From Spirochaetia bacterium (GTDB lineage Bacteria > Spirochaetota > Spirochaetia > UBA9216): a stretch of 64,000 bases of DNA. This document shows, in pieces, positions 61,111-64,000 of the stretch. Position numbers and translations under genes: made by a program. Numbering within the stretch: position 1 is the first letter of the stretch; every line of letters starts with the position of its first letter. Under the pieces are notes generated by a model. The model was given only the letters and a program-made list of their open reading frames with translations. It did no database searches and was not told where the DNA came from. The stretch covers positions 192,001 through 256,000 of the forward strand of contig OZ223270.1 of NCBI GenBank assembly GCA_965140585.1, given 5' to 3'.

Positions 61111-61959
61111 ATGCCTACTTTACAAATAAACGAGGAAATTGAACTTTATTATGATGAATACGGTACCGGTGGAAACTATTTACTGTGCGCCCAACAAAAT
61201 CATTCACGCATCAGAGACTATACAATAGATTTAGCAGACAAAGGTTTCCATGTTTTTAACATAACTATTAGAGGATACGGACAATCTACGCATATTACAA
61301 AAGGCTATGGTGAGCAGTGGTACAATATATGGGCCCAAGATGTGGTGACGTTTGCATCTTTAATGGGCATCAGGAAATTCTTTTATACCGGAGTTTCTCA
61401 CGGAGCCGGAATCGGATGGACTATCTGCAAAAATCATCCGGAAAAACTGATAGCTTTTCTCAGCGTGGTTGGAGGACCGCATTCAAAAGACGGCAAGGAA
61501 ACTGGAGCAGCCCGAATGCAGACTATTCGAGCTGCTGAATCACCGGAAACATGGAAAGCATATATTGAGCAGTTCTTTGAAAATATAAAACTAAAAATAA
61601 TGGGAGATGAATCTCCCGAAGAAATAAAGATACTAAATAAATTAAATTCAGAGATGTTTAATTCCTGGATGTCAATGACAAAAGAAGAAGCCCAGATTGA
61701 TCCAAAAAAACCATTCCCGGATATAAAGACAGAGGCGGAACTTATCAGTGAACTAAATAAAATTGAATTACCTGTACTACTCCTCGGAGGAATGGGAGAT
61801 GAAATAAGTCTACCTGAAAACCTTATTCGTTCTTGTAAGGCTATTAAGAACTCAAAAATGATTATTTATCAAAATGCAGGACATAATCTTGATAAGGTGC
61901 AAAGAAATAATATTGTGGAAGATATAATTACTTTTTGTAAACAAAGGAATTTAATTTAA
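61111..61959 (+). CDS. Alpha/beta hydrolase
   Basis: 'RGYGQS', GVSHG elbow, 'D.I', 'AGH'. Confidence 0.85.
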   Translation: MPTLQINEEIELYYDEYGTGGNYLLCAQQNHSRIRDYTIDLADKGFHVFNITIRGYGQSTHITKGYGEQWYNIWAQDVVTFASLMGIRKFFYTGVSHGAGIGWTICKNHPEKLIAFLSVVGGPHSKDGKETGAARMQTIRAAESPETWKAYIEQFFENIKLKIMGDESPEEIKILNKLNSEMFNSWMSMTKEEAQIDPKKPFPDIKTEAELISELNKIELPVLLLGGMGDEISLPENLIRSCKAIKNSKMIIYQNAGHNLDKVQRNNIVEDIITFCKQRNLI

Positions 61960-63107
61960 TGAAAAATGATTTTACTTTATTAGCAACAGGAGATATTATC
62001 CTCGGGGAGAATTCTCCAAAATTTTTCAGAAGTGTTGGTCCGATGCTCAGGAATGCAGATCTTGTTGCCGGGCAGCTGGAAGTTCCATATAGCGACATTG
62101 CACCAGAGTTATTGGATTTAAACCGTGAAACAAAAAATCTGGATCCGTTGAAAGATTACTTTGATATCGTATCGCTTGCAGGTAATCATATTTATGATGC
62201 AAAGGATACTGGCGTTATTGAAACTATTGATTGGCTGAAAAAAAACGATATTCAATATGTTGGCGGAGGAAAAAATATCACAGAGGCAAGAGCTCCCCGC
62301 ATTATTGAGATTAATAATACAAAGATCGGATTTCTAAGCTATAACTGTACCGGGCCGGATATTATGACCGCAACCGCAAATAAGCCTGGATGCGCAGCCC
62401 TAGATATAATAACTCATTACGAACTTGGAGATATGGCTAATCCCGGTGGCCCCCCTAAAACCATTTACTCATGGCCGGAATCAAACAGCTTAAAACAAAT
62501 GATTAAAGAAATCACTGATTTCCGTAAAAATTGTGATGTCTTATGTCTGTATCTTCATAAAGGTTTAGTACACAAACCGATTAAACTTGCTGATTACGAG
62601 CAAACAGTATGTTATGCCGCAATCGATGCGGGGGTTGATGTAGTATTCTCAACTCATCCTCACATTTTGCATGGAATTGAAATTTATAAAAACAAGACTA
62701 TCTATCACAGTCTCGGAAATTTTATTGCGTGGGTGCCTTCACTACGACCTGATTTTAAGATAAAGAAAGGGATTAAGAACGATTTCTTTGATCCTGAAGA
62801 ATGGGCCCAGAAAAGAATAGAAAGATTTGGATTTGTACCGGATCCTGAATATCCTACATATCCATTTCATAGCGAAGCAATCTACTGTATGACAGCGAAA
62901 TGTATTATTGAAAATAAAAAAATCGTTGAAACCCGCTACATTCCAATGATTGTAAATAAGAAAGGTGTTCCAGAAGTCGTAAACAGGAAGTCCGGCGGTG
63001 AAGCCGTATTTGATTATGTAAATAAAATTACACAGAAGGCGTCCCTTAATGCTAAATTTTGCTGGGAAAATGACGAAGTTATTATTTCTATAAATAAATT
63101 ACTCTAA
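61959..63107 (+). CDS. CapA/PGA_cap-family metallophosphoesterase-like protein
   Basis: ATGDI, SLAGNH.YD, 'LHKG', 'AIDAGVD.V..THPH..HGIEIY...I.HSLGNF'. Confidence 0.88.
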   Translation: MKNDFTLLATGDIILGENSPKFFRSVGPMLRNADLVAGQLEVPYSDIAPELLDLNRETKNLDPLKDYFDIVSLAGNHIYDAKDTGVIETIDWLKKNDIQYVGGGKNITEARAPRIIEINNTKIGFLSYNCTGPDIMTATANKPGCAALDIITHYELGDMANPGGPPKTIYSWPESNSLKQMIKEITDFRKNCDVLCLYLHKGLVHKPIKLADYEQTVCYAAIDAGVDVVFSTHPHILHGIEIYKNKTIYHSLGNFIAWVPSLRPDFKIKKGIKNDFFDPEEWAQKRIERFGFVPDPEYPTYPFHSEAIYCMTAKCIIENKKIVETRYIPMIVNKKGVPEVVNRKSGGEAVFDYVNKITQKASLNAKFCWENDEVIISINKLL

Positions 63108-63124
63108 ATTATAATAAAAGATAT

Positions 63125-63855
63125 CATAGCTGTCCAAAACAAGGACTATTAATCGCCTGAAATCCTGGTTATAATGAATTGAGCCGGCAAGCTTAAATCT
63201 TTACAACCAAAGGAAAACAGGCGATGAGTAAGCATAACAGTATTTTCGGACAAATTCTACAATTGATTCCGAGATATGAATTTGAAAAAGCTGTAAAACA
63301 GCACAACGGAGATTTTGCATCCAAAGGTTTTACCTGCTGGGAACAATTCGTTTCAATGATGTTTGCTCAGATTTCCGGTCAAACGGGACTCCGAGGCATC
63401 GAGATAGCTTTGGATTCGGTTAAGAATCTTCTGTATCATATAGGAGTTAAGAAAATTAAGCGTTCTACACTTTCTTATGCCAATGTTCATGAAGTCAATT
63501 CAATAAAAGAAATGGACCTCCAGAAAGGCGAGGTCCTAACCTTTGATAAGGGATATATGGACTTTAAACAGTTTGCAAAGTATTGCAATGCCGGTATTTA
63601 TTTCGTTACTCGTTTAAAAAGAATGCAGTAATGACTCAGATCTGGATAGCATTGATAACCCATCTGATGCTTCATTACCTGAAGATGTTATCATCCAAGA
63701 GCTGGACGCATTTTTCACTGATGAAGTTGTTGCCATCAATTTTGACAACCAGAAAAGATCTGTGGGTCGTTCTGAATAAACTACCGCCACCAGAGAAATA
63801 TATGCCAGGTTTAAATTATCAACTGAAGCTGCTATGATTGTTTTGGACAGCTATG
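63125..63855 (+). mobile_element. Internally deleted IS4-family element (DUF4372-type transposase) with intact ends
   Basis: Perfect 18-bp terminal IRs CATAGCTGTCCAAAACAA (63125-63142 and 63838-63855). Transposase pieces 'QF..M.FAQ...LR.I...RSTLSYAN', 'FDKGY.D...FVTRLK' and 'NAVMTQIWIAL' lie within only 731 bp. Confidence 0.92.
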
Positions 63856-64000
63856 ATTTACTTTAAGAATATTAAAACTCCTTTCTCTATTTACTTCAAA
63901 TATGTAAAAATCCCGCAAAAATCTTGTTTTAATATTGAAAATCCACATACCTTCCTACTCTCCAAATCCCCCCATAGCCTCTGATTATCTTCAACCAGCA

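Noticed and set aside
61959-63107. Poly-gamma-glutamate capsule locus
   Set aside because: No capB/capC and no membrane anchor on the CapA-like protein
46275-63855. Composite transposon
   Set aside because: The flanking elements belong to different IS families, both are defective, and no shared target duplication is visible
1-64000. CRISPR arrays, tRNA/rRNA, prophage or defence systems, and the many short antisense or nested ORFs in the track
   Set aside because: No repeat-spacer periodicity, RNA-gene signatures or phage/defence motifs seen by eye ('phage shock' genes are envelope-stress genes); nested ORFs overlap well-supported genes

Overview
This 64 kb window reads as chromosomal DNA from an anaerobic free-living spirochaete (inferred from spirochaete-style lipoprotein and substrate-binding-protein leaders and from gene content). 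No rRNA, tRNA, CRISPR array or prophage is visible. Roughly 1-46 kb is a higher-GC backbone. It holds a sigma54 phage-shock locus (pspF / pspABC, with a visible -24/-12 promoter and four activator sites) and an Rrf2-controlled operon with no permease (DUF1858-SBP, HypB/UreG-type GTPase, ABC ATPase, HypA-like 'MH' zinc finger). It also holds an nfeD-nfeD-floA-yqfB flotillin operon, ackA, an NAD-dependent aldehyde dehydrogenase behind a Moco/tungsten-cofactor-type riboswitch, kbl-tdh, and a uxuA/uxuB sugar-acid cluster without uxaC. Further along are M20/YfcC genes, a two-component pair, trxA/wrbA/MarR, and a flavinylated extracellular reductase between twin LysR genes. Roughly 46.3-63.9 kb is a visibly AT-richer, partly decaying catabolic island (GH51, polyol dehydrogenase, several hydrolases, LacI, peptide-type ABC transporter, CapA-like protein) bracketed by an IS3 remnant and an internally deleted IS4. 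The best candidates for undescribed biology are (i) the cytoplasmic SBP/GTPase/ATPase/HypA-like metal-handling operon and (ii) the Moco/Tuco riboswitch over a cofactor-independent ALDH. All calls come from motif recognition by eye; no searches were run.
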